Positions 41,801 through 56,800 of a DNA stretch of 64,000 nucleotides are shown here, piece by piece. Each line of letters starts with the position of its first letter. Position 1 is the first letter of the stretch. The translations under genes and the position numbers were made by a program. Below the pieces are notes generated by a model. That model saw only the letters and a list, made by a program, of their open reading frames with translations. It was not told the origin of the DNA and ran no database searches. Source of the stretch: the human T2T-CHM13v2.0 reference genome, Homo sapiens; the NCBI RefSeq assembly GCF_009914755.1, contig NC_060946.1; one strand, given 5' to 3'.

Positions 41801-44800
41801 CGCTTAGGTGATGTAACACTTTTATAATCATTGCCTACAGGGAATTTTGACAAATCTCTGCACTGATCACCTAGGTGATGTAACTCTTGTCTACCCTCTG
41901 TCCAACGGGGCATTGTGAAATATCTCTGCACTGATCACCCAGGTGATTCAACTCTTGACTAGGAACTGCCTACAGAGGTAATTGTGAAATATCTCTGCAC
42001 TGATAAACTAGGTGGTGTAACCCTTGTCAAAGCTCTGCCTACAGGGGCGTTTCCACATATCCCTGAACTGATGACAGAGGTGATGTAACTCTTGCCTAGG
42101 CTTTGCCTACAGGGAACATTGGACCTATATCTGCACTGATCACCCAGGTGATGCAACTCTTGCCTAGGCTTTGCCTACAGGGGACATTGTGACATATCTC
42201 TTCAATGATCACTCATGTGATGCATCTCTTGCCTAGGCTTTGCCTACAGGGGACATTGTGACATATCTCTGCACTGATCTCCCAGGTGCTGTAACTTTAG
42301 TCTAGGCTCTGGCTACACGGCATTGTGACATATCACTGCACTGATCAACCAGGTGATAAAACTCTTGTATAGGCTCTGCCTACAGGGGGATTGTGACCTA
42401 CCTCTGCACTGATCACCCAGGTGATATAACTCTTCTCTAGGATCTTCCTACAGGGTACTTTGTGACATATCCCTGCACTGATCACCCAGGTGATCTATCT
42501 CTGGTCTAAGCTCTGCCTAAAGGGGCATTGTGACAGATCTCTGCACTGATCACTCAGGTGATGTAAGTATTGTCTAGGCTCTGCTTCAAGGGGCCTTGTC
42601 ACATATCTCTGCACTGATCACCCAGGTGATGTAACTCTTGTCTAGGCTCTGCTTCCAGGGCATATTGTGACATATCTATGCACTGATCACCTCAGTGATG
42701 TAACACTTTGGTAGGCTCGGCCTACAGGGGAATCTTGACATATCTCTGCACTGTTAACCGAGGTGATTTAACTCTTCTCTAGGTTGTGCCCACAGGGGGA
42801 TTGAGACATATCTCTGCACTGATCGCGAGGTGATACAACTCTTGCCTGGTCTCTGCCTACTGTGGACATTGTGACATATCTCTGCACTGATCTCCCAGGT
42901 GCTGTAACTTTAGTCTAGGCTCTGGCTACACAGCATTGTGACATATCACTGCACTGAACACCCAGGCGATATAACTCTTCTCTAGGATCTGACCACAGGG
43001 TGCTTTGTGACATATCCCTGCAATGATCACCCAGGTGATATACCACTTGCCAAGGCTCTGCCTACAGGGGCATTGCAATGTATCTCTGCACTGATCACCT
43101 AGGTCTTGTAGATATTTTCTAGGATCTGCCTACAGGGTGCTTTGTGACGTGTCCCAGCAAGGATTACCCAGGTGATGTACCTGTCATCAAGGCTCTGCCT
43201 ACAGGCACATTGTGATGTATCTCTGCACTGATCACCTAGGTCATGTAAATTTTGTCTAGGCTCTACCTACGATGGCATTGTGACATATCTCTGCACTAAT
43301 CATCCAAGTGATGTAACTCTTGTCTAGGATGTGCCTAAATTAACTTTTTGACATAACCCTGTACTGATCATCCAGGTGATGGAGCTTTTGTCTAGGCTCT
43401 GCCTAAGGGGGCATTGTGACATATTTCTGCATTGATCCCCCAGGTGGCGAACTCTTCTCTCGGATCTGCCTATGGGGGCATTGTGAGAAATCTCTGCACT
43501 GATCACCCAGGTGATGTAACTGTTGTGTAACCTCTGCCTACAGGGGAATTGTGAGAGATCTCGCCACTGATTACCCAAGTGATGTAACCGTTGTCTAGGC
43601 TTTGCGTACAGGGGGCTTTGTGACATACCTTTGCACTGATCACCCAGGTGATGTAACACATCGAAGTTCGGCCTAAAGGAGCTTTGTGACATATCTCTGC
43701 ACTGATCGCTTAGGTGATGTAACACTTTTATAATCACTGCCTACAGGGAATTTTGACAAATCTCTGCACTGATCACCTAGGTGATGTAACTCTTGTCTAC
43801 CCTCTGTCCAAGGGGGCATTGTGAAATATCTCTGCACTTATCACCCAGGTGATTCAACTCTTGACTAGGAACTGCCTACAGAGGTTATTGTGAAATATCT
43901 CTGCACTGATAAACTAGGTGGTGTAACCCTTGTCCAAGCTCTGCCTACAGGGGCGTTTCCACATATCCCTGAACTGATGACAGTGGTGATGTAACTCTTG
44001 CCTAGGCTTTGCCTACAGGGAACATTGGACATATATCTGCACTGATCACCCAGATGATGCAACTCTTGCCTAGGCTTTGCCTACAGGGGACATTGTGACA
44101 TATCTCTTCAATGATCACTCATGTGATGCATCTCTTGCCTAGGCTTTGCCTACAGGGGACATTGTGACATATCTCTGCACTGATCTCCCAGGTGCTGTAA
44201 CTTTAGTCTAGGCTCTGGCTACACGGTATTGTGACATATCACTGCACTGATCAACCAGGTGATATAACTCTTGTATAGGCTCTGCCTACAGGGGGATTGT
44301 GACCTACCTCTGCACTGATCACGCAGGTGATATAACTCTTCTCTAGGATCTTCCTACAGGGTACTTTGTGACATATCCCTGCACTGATCACCCAGGTGAT
44401 CTATCTCTGATCTAAGCTCTGCCTAAAGGGGCATTGTGACAGATCTCTGCACTGATCACTCAGGTGATGTAAGTATTGTCTAGGCTCTGCTTCAAGGGGC
44501 CTTGTCACATATCTCTGCACTGATCACCCAGGTGATGTAACTCTTGTCTAGGCTCTGCTTCCAGGGCATATTGTGACATATCTATGCACTGATCACCTTA
44601 GTGATGTAACACTTTGCTAGGCTCGGCCTACAGGGGAATCTTGACATATCTCTGCACTGTTAACCGAGGTGATTTAACTCTTGTCTAGGCTGTGCCCACA
44701 GGGGGATTGAGACATATCTCTGCACTGATCCCGAGGTGATACAACTCTTGCCTGGTCTCTGCCTACAGTGGACATTGTGACATATCTCTGCACAGATTTC

Positions 44801-47800
44801 CCAGGTGTTGCAACTTTAGTCTAGGCTCTGGCTACACGGCATTGTGACATATCACTGCACTGATCACCCAGGCGATATAACTCTTCCCTAGGATCTGACC
44901 ACAGGGTGCTTTGTGACATATCCCTGCAATGATCACCCAGGTGATATACCACTTGCCAAGGCTCTGCCTACAGGGGCATTGCAATGTATCTTTGCACTGA
45001 TCACCTAGGTCTTGTAGCTATTTTCTAGGATCTGCCTACAGGGTGCTTTGTGACGTGTCCCAGCAAGGATTACCCAGGTGATGTACCTCTCTTTAAGGCT
45101 CTGCCTACAGGCACATTGTGATGTGTCTCTGCACTGATCACCTAGGTCATGTAAATTTTGTCTAGGCTCTACCTACGATGGCATTGTGACATATCTCTGC
45201 ACTAATCATCCAAGTGATGTAACTCTTGTCTAGGATGTGCCTAAATTAACTTTTTGACATAACCCTGGACTGATCATCCAGGTGATGGAGCTTTTGTCTA
45301 GGCTCTGCCTAAGGGGGCATTGTGACATATTTCTGCATTGATCCCCCAGGTGGCGAACTCTTCTCTCGGATCTGCCTATGGGGGCATTGTGAGAAATCTC
45401 TGCACTGATCACCCAGGTGATGTAACTGTTGTGTAACCTCTGCCTACAGGGGAATTGTGAGAGATCTCGCCACTGATTACCCAAGTGATGTAACCGTTGT
45501 CTAGGCTTTGCGTACAGGGGGCTTTGTGACATACCTTTGCACTGATCACCCAGGTGATGTAACACATCCAAGTTCGGCCTAAAGGAGCATTGTGACATAT
45601 CTCTGCACTGATCGCTTAGGTGATGTAACACTTTTATAATCATTGCCTACAGGGAATTTTGACAAATCTCTGCACTGATCACCTAGGTGATGTAACTCTT
45701 GTCTACCCTCTGTCCAACGGGGCATTGTGAAATATCTCTGCACTGATCACCCAGGTGATTCAACTCTTGACTAGGAACTGCCTACAGAGGTTATTGTGAA
45801 ATATCTCTGCACTGATAAACTAGGTGGTGTAACCCTTGTCCAAGCTCTGCCTACAGGGGCGTTTCCACATATCCCTGAACTGATGACAGAGGTGATGTAA
45901 CTCTTGCCTAGGCTTTGCCTACAGGGAACATTGGACATATATCTGCACTGATCACCCAGGTGATGCAACTCTTGCCTAGGCTTTGCCTAAAGGGGACATT
46001 GTGACATATCTCTTCAATGATCACTCATGTGATGCATTTCTTGCCTAGGCTTTGCCTACAGGGGACATTGTGACATATCTCTGCACTGATCTCCCAGGTG
46101 CTGTAACTTTAGTCTAGGCTCTGGCTACACGGCATTGTGACATATCACTGCACTGATCAACCAGGTGATATAACTCTTGTATAGGCTCTGCCTACCGGGG
46201 GATTGTGACCTACCTCTGCACTGATCACCCAGGTGATATAACTCTTCTCTAGGATCTTCCTACAGGGTACTTTGTGACATATCCCTGCACTGATCACCCA
46301 GGTGATCTATCTCTGGTCTAAGCTCTGCCTAAAGGGGCATTGTGACAGATCTCTGCACTGATCACTCAGGTGATGTAAGTATTGTCTAGGCTCTGCTTCA
46401 AGGGGCCTTGTCACATATCTCTGCACTGATCACCCAGGTGATGTAACTCTTGTCTAGGCTCTGCTTCCAGGGCATATTGTGACATATCTATGCACTGATC
46501 ACCTTAGTGATGTAACACTTTGGTAGGCTCGGCCTACAGGGGAATCTTGACATATCTCTGCACTGTTAACCGAGGTGATTTAACTCTTGTCTAGGTTGTG
46601 CCCACAGGGGGATTGAGACATATCTCTGCACTGATCCCGAGGTGATACAACTCTTGCCTGGTCTCTGGCTACTGTGGACATTGTGACATATCTCTGCACT
46701 GATCTCCCAGATGCTGTAACTTTAGTCTAGGCTCTGGCTACACGGCATTGTGACATATCACTGCACTGATCACCCAGGCGATATAACTCTTCTCTAGGAT
46801 CTGACCACAGGGTGCTTTGTGACATATCCCTGCAATGATCACCCAGGTGATATACCACTTGCCAAGGCTCTGCCTACAGGGGCATTGCAATGTATCTCTG
46901 CACTGATCACCTAGGTCTTGTAGATATTTTCTAGGATCTGCCTACAGGGTGCTTTGTGACGTGTCCCAGCAAGGATTACCCAGGTGATGTACCTCTCATC
47001 AAGGCTCTGCCTACAGGCACATTGTGATGTATCTCTGCACTGATCACCTAGGTCATGTAAATTTTGTCTAGGCTCTACCTACGATGGCATTGTGACATAT
47101 CTCTGCACTAATCATCCAAGTGATGTAACTCTGGTCTAGGATGTGCCTAAATTAACTTTTTGACATAACCCTGTACTGATCATCCAGGTGATGGAGCTTT
47201 TGTCTAGGCTCTGCCTAAGGGGGCATTGTGACATATTTCTGCATTGATCCCCCAGGTGGCGAACTCTTCTCTCGGATCTGCCTATGGGGGCATTGTGAGA
47301 AATCTCTGCACTGATCACCCAGGTGATGTAACTGTTGTGTAACCTCTGCCTACAGGGGAATTGTGAGAGATCTCGTCACTGATTACCCAAGTGATGTAAC
47401 CGTTGTGTAGGCTTTGCGTACAGGGGGCTTTGTGACATACCTTTTCACAGATCACCCAGGTGATGTAACACATCTAAGTTCGGCCTAAAGGAGCTTTGTG
47501 ACATATCTCTGCACTGATCGCTTAGGTGATGTAACACTTTTATAATCATTGCCTACAGGGAATTTTGACAAATCTCTGCACTGATCACCTAGGTGATGTA
47601 ACTCTTGTCTACCCTCTGTCCAACGGGGCATTGTGAAATATCTCTGCACTGATCACCCAGGTGATTCAACTCTTGACTAGGAACTGCCTACAGAGGTAAT
47701 TGTGAAATATCTCTGCACTGATAAACTAGGTGGTGTAACCCTTGTCAAAGCTCTGCCTACAGGGGCGTTTCCACATATCCCTGAACTGATGACAGAGGTG

Positions 47801-50800
47801 ATGTAACTCTTGCCTAGGCTTTGCCTACAGGGAACATTGGACCTATATCTGCACTGATCACCCAGGTGATGCAACTCTTGCCTAGGCTTTGCCTACAGGG
47901 GACATTGTGACATATCTCTTCAATGATCACTCATGTGATGCATCTCTTGCCTAGGCTTTGCCTACAGGGGACATTGTGACATATCTCTGCACTGATCTCC
48001 CAGGTGCTGTAACTTTAGTCTAGGCTCTGGCTACACGGCATTGTGACATATCACTGCACTGATCAACCAGGTGATAAAACTCTTGTATAGGCTCTGCCTA
48101 CAGGGGGATTGTGACCTACCTCTGCACTGAGCACCCAGGTGATATAACTCTTCTCTAGGATCTTCCTACAGGGTACTTTGTGACATATCCCTGCACTGAT
48201 CACCCAGGTGATCTATCTCTGGTCTAAGCTCTGCCTAAAGGGGCATTGTGACAGATCTCTGCACTGATCACTCAGGTGATGTAAGTATTGTCTAGGCTCT
48301 GCTTCAAGGGGCCTTGTCACATATCTCTGCACTGATCACCCAGGTGATGTAACTCTTGTCTAGGCTCTGCTTCCAGGGCATATTGTGACATATCTATGCA
48401 CTGATCACCTTAGTGATGTAACACTTTGGTAGGCTCGGCCTACAGGGGAATCTTGACATATCTCTGCACTGTTAACCGAGGTGATTTAACTCTTCTCTAG
48501 GTTGTGCCCACAGGGGGATTGAGACATATCTCTGCACTGATCCCGAGGTGATAAAACTCTTGCCTGGTCTCTCCCTACTGTGGACATTGTGACATATCTC
48601 TGCACTGATCTCCCAGGTGCTGTAACTTTAGTCTAGGCTCTGGCTACACGGCATTGTGACATATCACTGCACTGATCACCCAGGCGATATAACTCTTCTC
48701 TAGGATCTGACCACAGGGTGCTTTGTGACATATCCCTGCAATGATCACCCAGGTGATATACCACTTGCCAAGGCTCTGCCTACAGGGGCATTGCAATGTA
48801 TCTCTGCACTGATCACCTAGGTCTTGTAGATATTTTCTAGGATCTGCCTACAGGGTGTTTTGTGACGTGTCCCAGCAAGGATTACCCAGGTGATGTACCT
48901 CTCATCAAGGCTCTGCCTACAGGCACATTGTGATGTATCTCTGCACTGATCACCTAGGTCATGTAAATTTTGTCTAGGCTCTACCTACGATGGCATTGTG
49001 ACATATCTCTGCACTAATCATCCAAGTGATGTAACTCTGGTCTAGGATGTGCCTAAATTAACTTTTTGACATAACCCTGTACTGATCATCCAGGTGATGG
49101 AGCTTTTGTCTAGGCTCTGCCTAAGGGGGCATTGTGACATATTTCTGCATTGATCCCCCAGGTGGCGAACTCTTCTCTCGGATCTGCCTATGGGGGCATT
49201 GTGAGAAATCTCTGCACTGATCACCCAGGTGATGTAACTGTTGTGTAACCTCTGCCTACAGGGGAATTGTGAGAGATCTCGCCACTGATTACCCAAGTGA
49301 TGTAACCGTTGTCTAGGCTTTGCGTACAGGGGGCTTTGTGACATACCTTTGCACTGATCACCCAGGTGATGTAACACATCGAAGTTCGGCCTAAAGGAGC
49401 TTTGTGACATATCTCTGTACTGATCGCTTAGGTGATGTAACACTATTATAATCATTGCCTAGAGGGAATTTTGACAAATCTCTGCACTGATCACCTAGGT
49501 GATGTAACTCTTGTCTACCCTCTGTCCAACGGGGCATTGTGAAATATCTCTGCACTGATCACCCAGGTGATTCAACTCTTGACTAGGAACTGCCTACAGA
49601 GGTAATTGTGAAATATCTCTGCACTGATAAACTAGGTGGTGTAACCCTTGTCAAAGCTCTGCCTACAGGGGCGTTTCCACATATCCCTGAACTGATGACA
49701 GAGGTGATGTAACTCTTGCCTAGGCTTTGCCTACAGGGAACATTGGACCTATATCTGCACTGATCACCCAGGTGATGCAACTCTTGCCTAGGCTTTGCCT
49801 ACAGGGGACATTGTGACATATCTCTTCAATGATCACTCATGTGATGCATCTCTTGCCTAGGCTTTGCCTACAGGGGACATTGTGACATATCTCTGCACTG
49901 ATCTCCCAGGTGCTGTAACTGTAGTCTAGGCTCTGGCTACACGGCATTGTGACATATCACTGCACTGATCAACCAGGTGATAAAACACTTGTATAGGCTC
50001 TGCCTACAGGGGGATTGTGACCTACCTCTGCACTGAGCACCCAGGTGATATAACTCTTCTCTAGGATCTTCCTACAGGGTACTTTGTGACATATCCCTGC
50101 ACTGATCACCCAGGTGATCTATCTCTGGTCTAAGCTCTGCCTAAAGGGGCATTGTGACAGATCTCTGCACTGATCACTCAGGTGATGTAAGTATTGTCTA
50201 GACTCTGCTTCAAGGGGCCTTGTCCCATATCTCTGCACTGATCACCCAGGTGATGTAACTCTTGTCTAGGCTCTGCTTCCAGGGCATATTGTGACATATC
50301 TATGCACTGATCACCTTAGTGATGTAACACTTTGGTAGGCTCGGCCTACAGGGGAATCTTGACATATCTCTGCACTGTTAACCGAGGTGATTTAAGTCTT
50401 CTCTAGGTTGTGCCCACAGGGGGATTGAGACATATCTCTGCACTGATCCCGAGGTGATACAAGTCTTGCCTGGTCTCTGCCTACTGTGGACATTGTGACA
50501 TATCTCTGCACTGATCTCCCAGGTGCTGTAACTTTAGTCTAGGCTCTGGCTACACAGCATTGTGACATATCACTGCACTGATCACCCAGGCGATATAACT
50601 CTTCTCTAGGATCTGACCACAGGGTGCTTTGTGACATATCCCTGCAATGATCACCCAGGTGATATACCACTTGCCAAGGCTCTGCCTACAGGGGCATTGC
50701 AATGTATCTCTGCACTGATCACCTAGGTCTTGTAGATATTTTCTAGGATCTGCCTACAGGGTGTTTTGTGACGTGTCCCAGCAAGGATTACCCAGGTGAT

Positions 50801-53800
50801 GTACCTCTCATCAAGGCTCTGCCTACAGGCACATTGTGATGTGTCTCTGCACTGATCACCTAGGTCATGTAAATTTTGTCTAGGCTCTACCTACGATGGC
50901 ATTGTGACATATCTCTGCACTAATCATCCAAGTGATGTAACTCTTGTCTAGGATGTGCCTAAATTAACTTTTTGACATAACCCTGTACTGATCATCCAGG
51001 TGATGGAGCTTTTGTCTAGGCTCTGCCTAAGGGGGCATTGTGACATATTTCTGCATTGATCCCCCAGGTGGCGAACTCTTCTCTCGGATCTGCCTATGGG
51101 GGCATTGTGAGAAATCTCTGCACTGATCACCCAGGTGATGTAACTGTTGTGTAACCTCTGCCTACAGGGGAATTGTGAGAGATCTCGCCACTGATTACCC
51201 AAGTGATGTAACCGTTGTCTAGGCTTTGCGTACAGGGGGCTTTGTGACATACCTTTGCACTGATCACCCAGGTGATGTAACACATCGAATTTCGGCCTAA
51301 AGGAGCTTTGTGACATATCTCTGCACTGATCGCTTAGGTGATGTAACACTTTTATAATCATTGCCTACAGGGAATTTTGACAAATCTCTGCACTGATCAC
51401 CTAGGTGATGTAACTCTTGTCTACCCTCTGTCCAACGGGGCATTGTGAAATATCTCTGCACTGATCACCCAGGTGATTCAACTCTTGACTAGGAACTGCC
51501 TACAGAGGTAATTGTGAAATATCTCTGCACTGATAAACTAGGTGGTGTAACCCTTGTCAAAGCTCTGCCTACAGGGGCGTTTCCACCTATCCCTGAACTG
51601 ATGACAGAGGTGATGTAACTCTTGCCTAGGCTTTGCCTACAGGGAACATTGGACCTATATCTGCACTGATCACCCAGGTGATGCAACTCTTGCCTAGGCT
51701 TTGCCTACAGGGGACATTGTGACATATCTCTTCAATGATCACTCATGTGATGCATCTCTTGCCTAGGCTTTGCCTACAGGGGACATTGTGACATATCTCT
51801 GCACTGATCTCCCAGGTGCTGTAACTTTAGTCTAGGCTCTGGCTACACGGCATTGTGACATATCACTGCACTGATCAACCAGGTGATAAAACTCTTCTAT
51901 AGGCTCTGCCTACAGGGGGATTGTGACCTGCCTCTGCACTGATCACCCAGGTGATATAACTCTTCTCTAGGATCTTCCTACAGGGTACTTTGTGACATAT
52001 CCCTGCACTGATCACCCAGGTGATCTATCTCTGGTCTAAGCTCTGCCTAAAGGGGCATTGTGACAGATCTCTGCACTGATCACTCAGGTGATGTAAGTAT
52101 TGTCTAGGCTCTGCTTCAAGGGGCCTTGTCACATATCTCTGCACTGATCACCCAGGTGATGTAACTCTTGTCTAGGCTCTGCTTCCAGGGCATATTGTGA
52201 CATATCTATGCACTGATCACCTTAGTGATGTAACACTTTGGTAGGCTCGGCCTACAGGGGAATCTTGACATATCTCTGCACTGTTAACCGAGGTGATTTA
52301 ACTCTTCTCTAGGTTGTGCCCACAGGGGGATTGAGACATATCTCTGCACTGATCCCGAGGTGATACAACTCTTGCCTGGTCTCTGCCTACTGCGGACATT
52401 GTGACATATCGCTGCACTGATCTCCCAGGTGCTGTAACTTTAGTCTAGGCTCTGGCTACACAGCATTGTGACATATCACTGCACTGATCACCCAGGCGAT
52501 ATAACTCTTCTCTAGGATCTGACCACAGGGTGCTTTGTGACATATCCCTGCAATGATCACCCAGGTGATATACCACTTGCCAAGGCTCTGCCTACAGGGG
52601 CATTGCAACGTATCTCTGCACTGATCACCTAGGTCTTGTAGATATTTTCTAGGATCTGCCTACAGGGTGCTTTGTGACGTGTCCCAGCAAGGATTACCCA
52701 GGTGATGTACCTCTCATCAAGGCTCTGCCTACAGGCACATTGTGATGTATCTCTACACTGATCACCTAGGTCATGTAAATTTTGTCTAGGCTCTACCTAC
52801 GATGGCATTGTGACATATCTCTGCACTAATCATCCAAGTGATGTAACTCTGGTCTAGGATGTGCCTAAATTATCTTTTTGACATAACCCTGTACTGATCA
52901 TCCAGGTGATGGAGCTTTTGTCTAGGCTCTGCCTAAGGGGGCATTGTGACATATTTCTGCATTGATCCCCCAGGTGGCGAACTCTTCTCTCGGATCTGCC
53001 TATGGGGGCATTGTGAGAAATCTCTGCACTGATCACCCAGGTGATGTAACTGTTGTGTAACCTCTGCCTACAGGGGAATTGTGAGAGATCTCGCCACTGA
53101 TTACCCAAGTGATGTAACCGTTGTCTAGGCTTTGCGTACAGGGGGCTTTGTGACATACCTTTGCACTGATCACCCAGGTGATGTAACACATCTAAGTTCG
53201 GCCTAAAGGAGCTTTGTGACATATCTCTGCACTGATCGCTTAGGTGATGTAACACTTTTATAATCATTGCCTACAGGGAATTTTGACAAATCTCTGCACT
53301 GATCACCTAGGTGATGTAACTCTTGTCTACCCTCTGTCCAACGGGGCATTGTGAAATATCTCTGCACTGATCACCCAGGTGATTCAACTCTTGACTAGGA
53401 ACTGCCTACAGAGGTTATTGTGAAATATCTCTGCACTGATAAACTAGGTGGTGTAACCCTTGTCAAAGCTCTGCCTACAGGGGCGTTTCCACATATCCCT
53501 GAACTGATGACAGAGGTGATGTAACTCTTGCCTAGGCTTTGCCTACAGGGAACATTGGAGATATATCTGCACTGATCACCCAGGTGATGCAACTCTTGCC
53601 TAGGCTTTGCCTACAGGGGACATTGTGACATATCTCTTCAATGATCACTCATGTGATGCATCTCTTGCCTAGGCTTTGCCTACAGGGGACATTGTGACAT
53701 ATCCCTGCACTGATCTCCCAGGTGCTGTAACTTTAGTCTAGGCTCTGGCTACACGGCATTGTGACATATCACTGCACTGATCAACCAGGTGATAAAACTC

Positions 53801-56800
53801 TTGTATAGGCTCTGCCTACAGGGGGATTGTGACCTACCTCTGCACTGATCACCCAGGTGATATAACTCTTCTCTAGGATCTTCCTACAGGATACTTTGTG
53901 ACATATCCCTGCACTGATCACCCAGGTGATCTATCTCTGGTCTAAGCTCTGCCTAAAGGGGCATTGTGACAGATCTCTGCACTGATCACTCAGGTGATGT
54001 AAGTATTGTCTAGGCTCTGCTTCAAGGGGCCTTGTCACATATCTCTTCACTGATCACCCAGGTGATGTAACTCTTGTCTAGGCTCTGCTTCCAGGGCATA
54101 TTGTGACATATCTATGCACTGATCACCTTAGTGATGTAACACTTTGGTAGGTTCGGCCTACAGGGGAATCTTGACATATCTCTGCACTGTTAACCGAGGT
54201 GATTTAACACTTGTCTAGGTTGTGCCCACAGGGGGATTGAGACATATCTCTGCACTGATCCCGAGGTGATACAACTCTTGCCTGGTCTCTGCCTACTGTG
54301 GACATTGTGACATATCTCTGCACTGATCTCCCAGGTGCTGTAACTATAGTCTAGGCTCTGGCTACACAGCATTGTGACATATCACTGCACTGATCACCCA
54401 GGCGATATAACTCTTCTCTAGGATCTGACCACAGGGTGCTTTGTGACATATCCCTGCAATGATCACCCAGGTGATATACCACTTGCCAAGGCTCTGCCTA
54501 CAGGGGCATTGCAATGTATCCCTGCACTGATCACCTAGGTCTTGTAGATATTTTCTAGGATCTGCCTACAGGGTGCTTTGTGACGTGTCCCAGCAAGGAT
54601 TACCCAGGTGATGTACCTCTCATCAAGGCTCTGCCTACATGCACATTGTGATGTATCTCTGCACTGATCACCTAGGTCATGGAAATTTTGTCTAGGCTCT
54701 ACCTACGATGGCATTGTGACATATCTCTGCACTAATCATCCAAGTGATGTAACTCTGGTCTAGGATGTGCCTAAATTAACTTTTTGACATAACCCTGTAC
54801 TGATCATCCAGGTGATGGAGCTTTTGTCTAGGCTCTGCCTAAGGGGGCATTGTGACATATTTCTGCATTGATCCCCCAGGTGGCGAACTCTTCTCTCGGA
54901 TCTGCCAATGGGGGCATTGTGAGAAATCTCTGCACTGATAACCCAGGTGATGTAACAGTTGTGTAACCTCTACCTACAGGGGAATTGTGAGAGATCTCGC
55001 CACTGATTACCCAAGTGATGTAACCGTTGTCTAGGCTTTGCGTACAGGGGGCTTTGTGACATACCTTTGCACTGATCACCCACGTGATGTAACACATCTA
55101 AGTTCGGCCTAAAGGAGCTTTGTGACATATGTCTGCACTGATCGCTTAGGTGATGTAACACTTTTATAATCATTGCCTACAGGGAATTTTGACAAATCTC
55201 TGCACTGATCACCTAGGTGATGTAACTCTTGTCTACCCTCTGTCCAACGGGGCATTGTGAAATATCTCTGCACTGATCACCCAGGTGATTCAACTCTTGA
55301 CTAGGAACTGCCTACAGAGGTTATTGTGAAATATCTCTGCACTGATAAACTAGGTGGTGTAACCCTTGTCAAAGCTCTGCCTACAGGGGCGTTTCCACAT
55401 ATCCCTGAACTGATGACAGAGGTGATGTAACTCTTGCCTAGGCTTTGCCTACAGGGAACATTGGAGATATATCTGCACTGATCACCCAGGTGATGCAACT
55501 CTTGCCTAGGCTTTGCCTACAGGGGACATTGTGACATATCTCTTCAATGATCACTCATGTGATGCATCTCTTGCCTAGGCTTTGCCTACAGGGGACATTG
55601 TGACATATCTCTGCACTGATCTCCCAGGTGCTGTAACTTTAGTCTAGGCTCTGGCTACACGGCATTGTGACATATCACTGCACTGATCAACCAGGTGATA
55701 AAACTCTTGTATAGGCTCTGCCTACAGGGGGATTGTGACCTACCTCTGCACTGATCACCCAGGTGATATAACTCTTCTCTAGGATCTTCCTACAGGATAC
55801 TTTGTGACATATCCCTGCACTGATCACCCAGGTGATCTATCTCTGGTCTAAGCTCTGCCTAAAGGGGCATTGTGACAGATCTCTGCACTGATCACTCAGG
55901 TGATGTAAGTATTGTCTAGGCTCTGCTTCAAGGGGCCTTGTCACATATCTCTTCACTGATCACCCAGGTGATGTAACTCTTGTCTAGGCTCTGCTTCCAG
56001 GGCATATTGTGACATATCTATGCACTGATCACCTTAGTGATGTAACACTTTGGTAGGTTCGGCCTACAGGGGAATCTTGACATATCTCTGCACTGTTAAC
56101 CGTGGTGATTTAACTCTTGTCTAGGTTGTGCCCACAGGGGGATTGAGACATATCTCTGCACTGATCCCGAGGTGATACAACTCTTGCCTGGTCTCTGCCT
56201 ACTGTGGACATTGTGACATATCTCTGCACTGATCTCCCAGGTCCTGTAACTTTAGTCTAGGCTCTGGCTACACAGCATTGTGACATATCACTGCACTGAT
56301 CACCCAGGCGATATAACTCTTCTCTAGGATCTGACCACAGGGACCTTTGTGACATATCGCTGCAATGATCACCCAGGTGATATACCACTTGCCAAGGCTC
56401 TGCCTACAGGGGCATTGCAATGTATCTCTGCACTGATCACCTAGGTCTTGTAGAAATTCCTAGGATCTGCCTACAGGGTGCTTTGTGACGTGTCCCAGCA
56501 AGGATTACCCAGGTGATGTACCTGTCATCAAGGCTCTGCCTACAGGCACATTGTGATGTATCTCTGCACTGATCACCTAGGTCATGTAAATTTTGTCTAG
56601 GCTCTACCTACGATGGCATTGTGACATATCTCTGCACTAATCATCCAAGTGATGTAACTCTTGTCTAGGATGTGCCTAAATTAACTTTTTGACATAACCC
56701 TGTACTGATCATCCAGGTGATGGAGCTTTTGTCTAGGCTCTGCCTAAGGGGGCATTGTGACATATTTCTGCATTGATCCCCAAGGTGGCGAACTCTTCTC

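Noticed and set aside
790-56460. 1-bp length differences between units (1905 vs 1906) as sequencing errors or meaningful frameshifts
   Set aside because: The m12 (GTCCAC) and m25 (CTTTCATAC) deletions recur with their haplotypes, so they are ordinary inherited variants. The singletons at ~36855 and ~56455 cannot be told from errors without reads and have no evident consequence.
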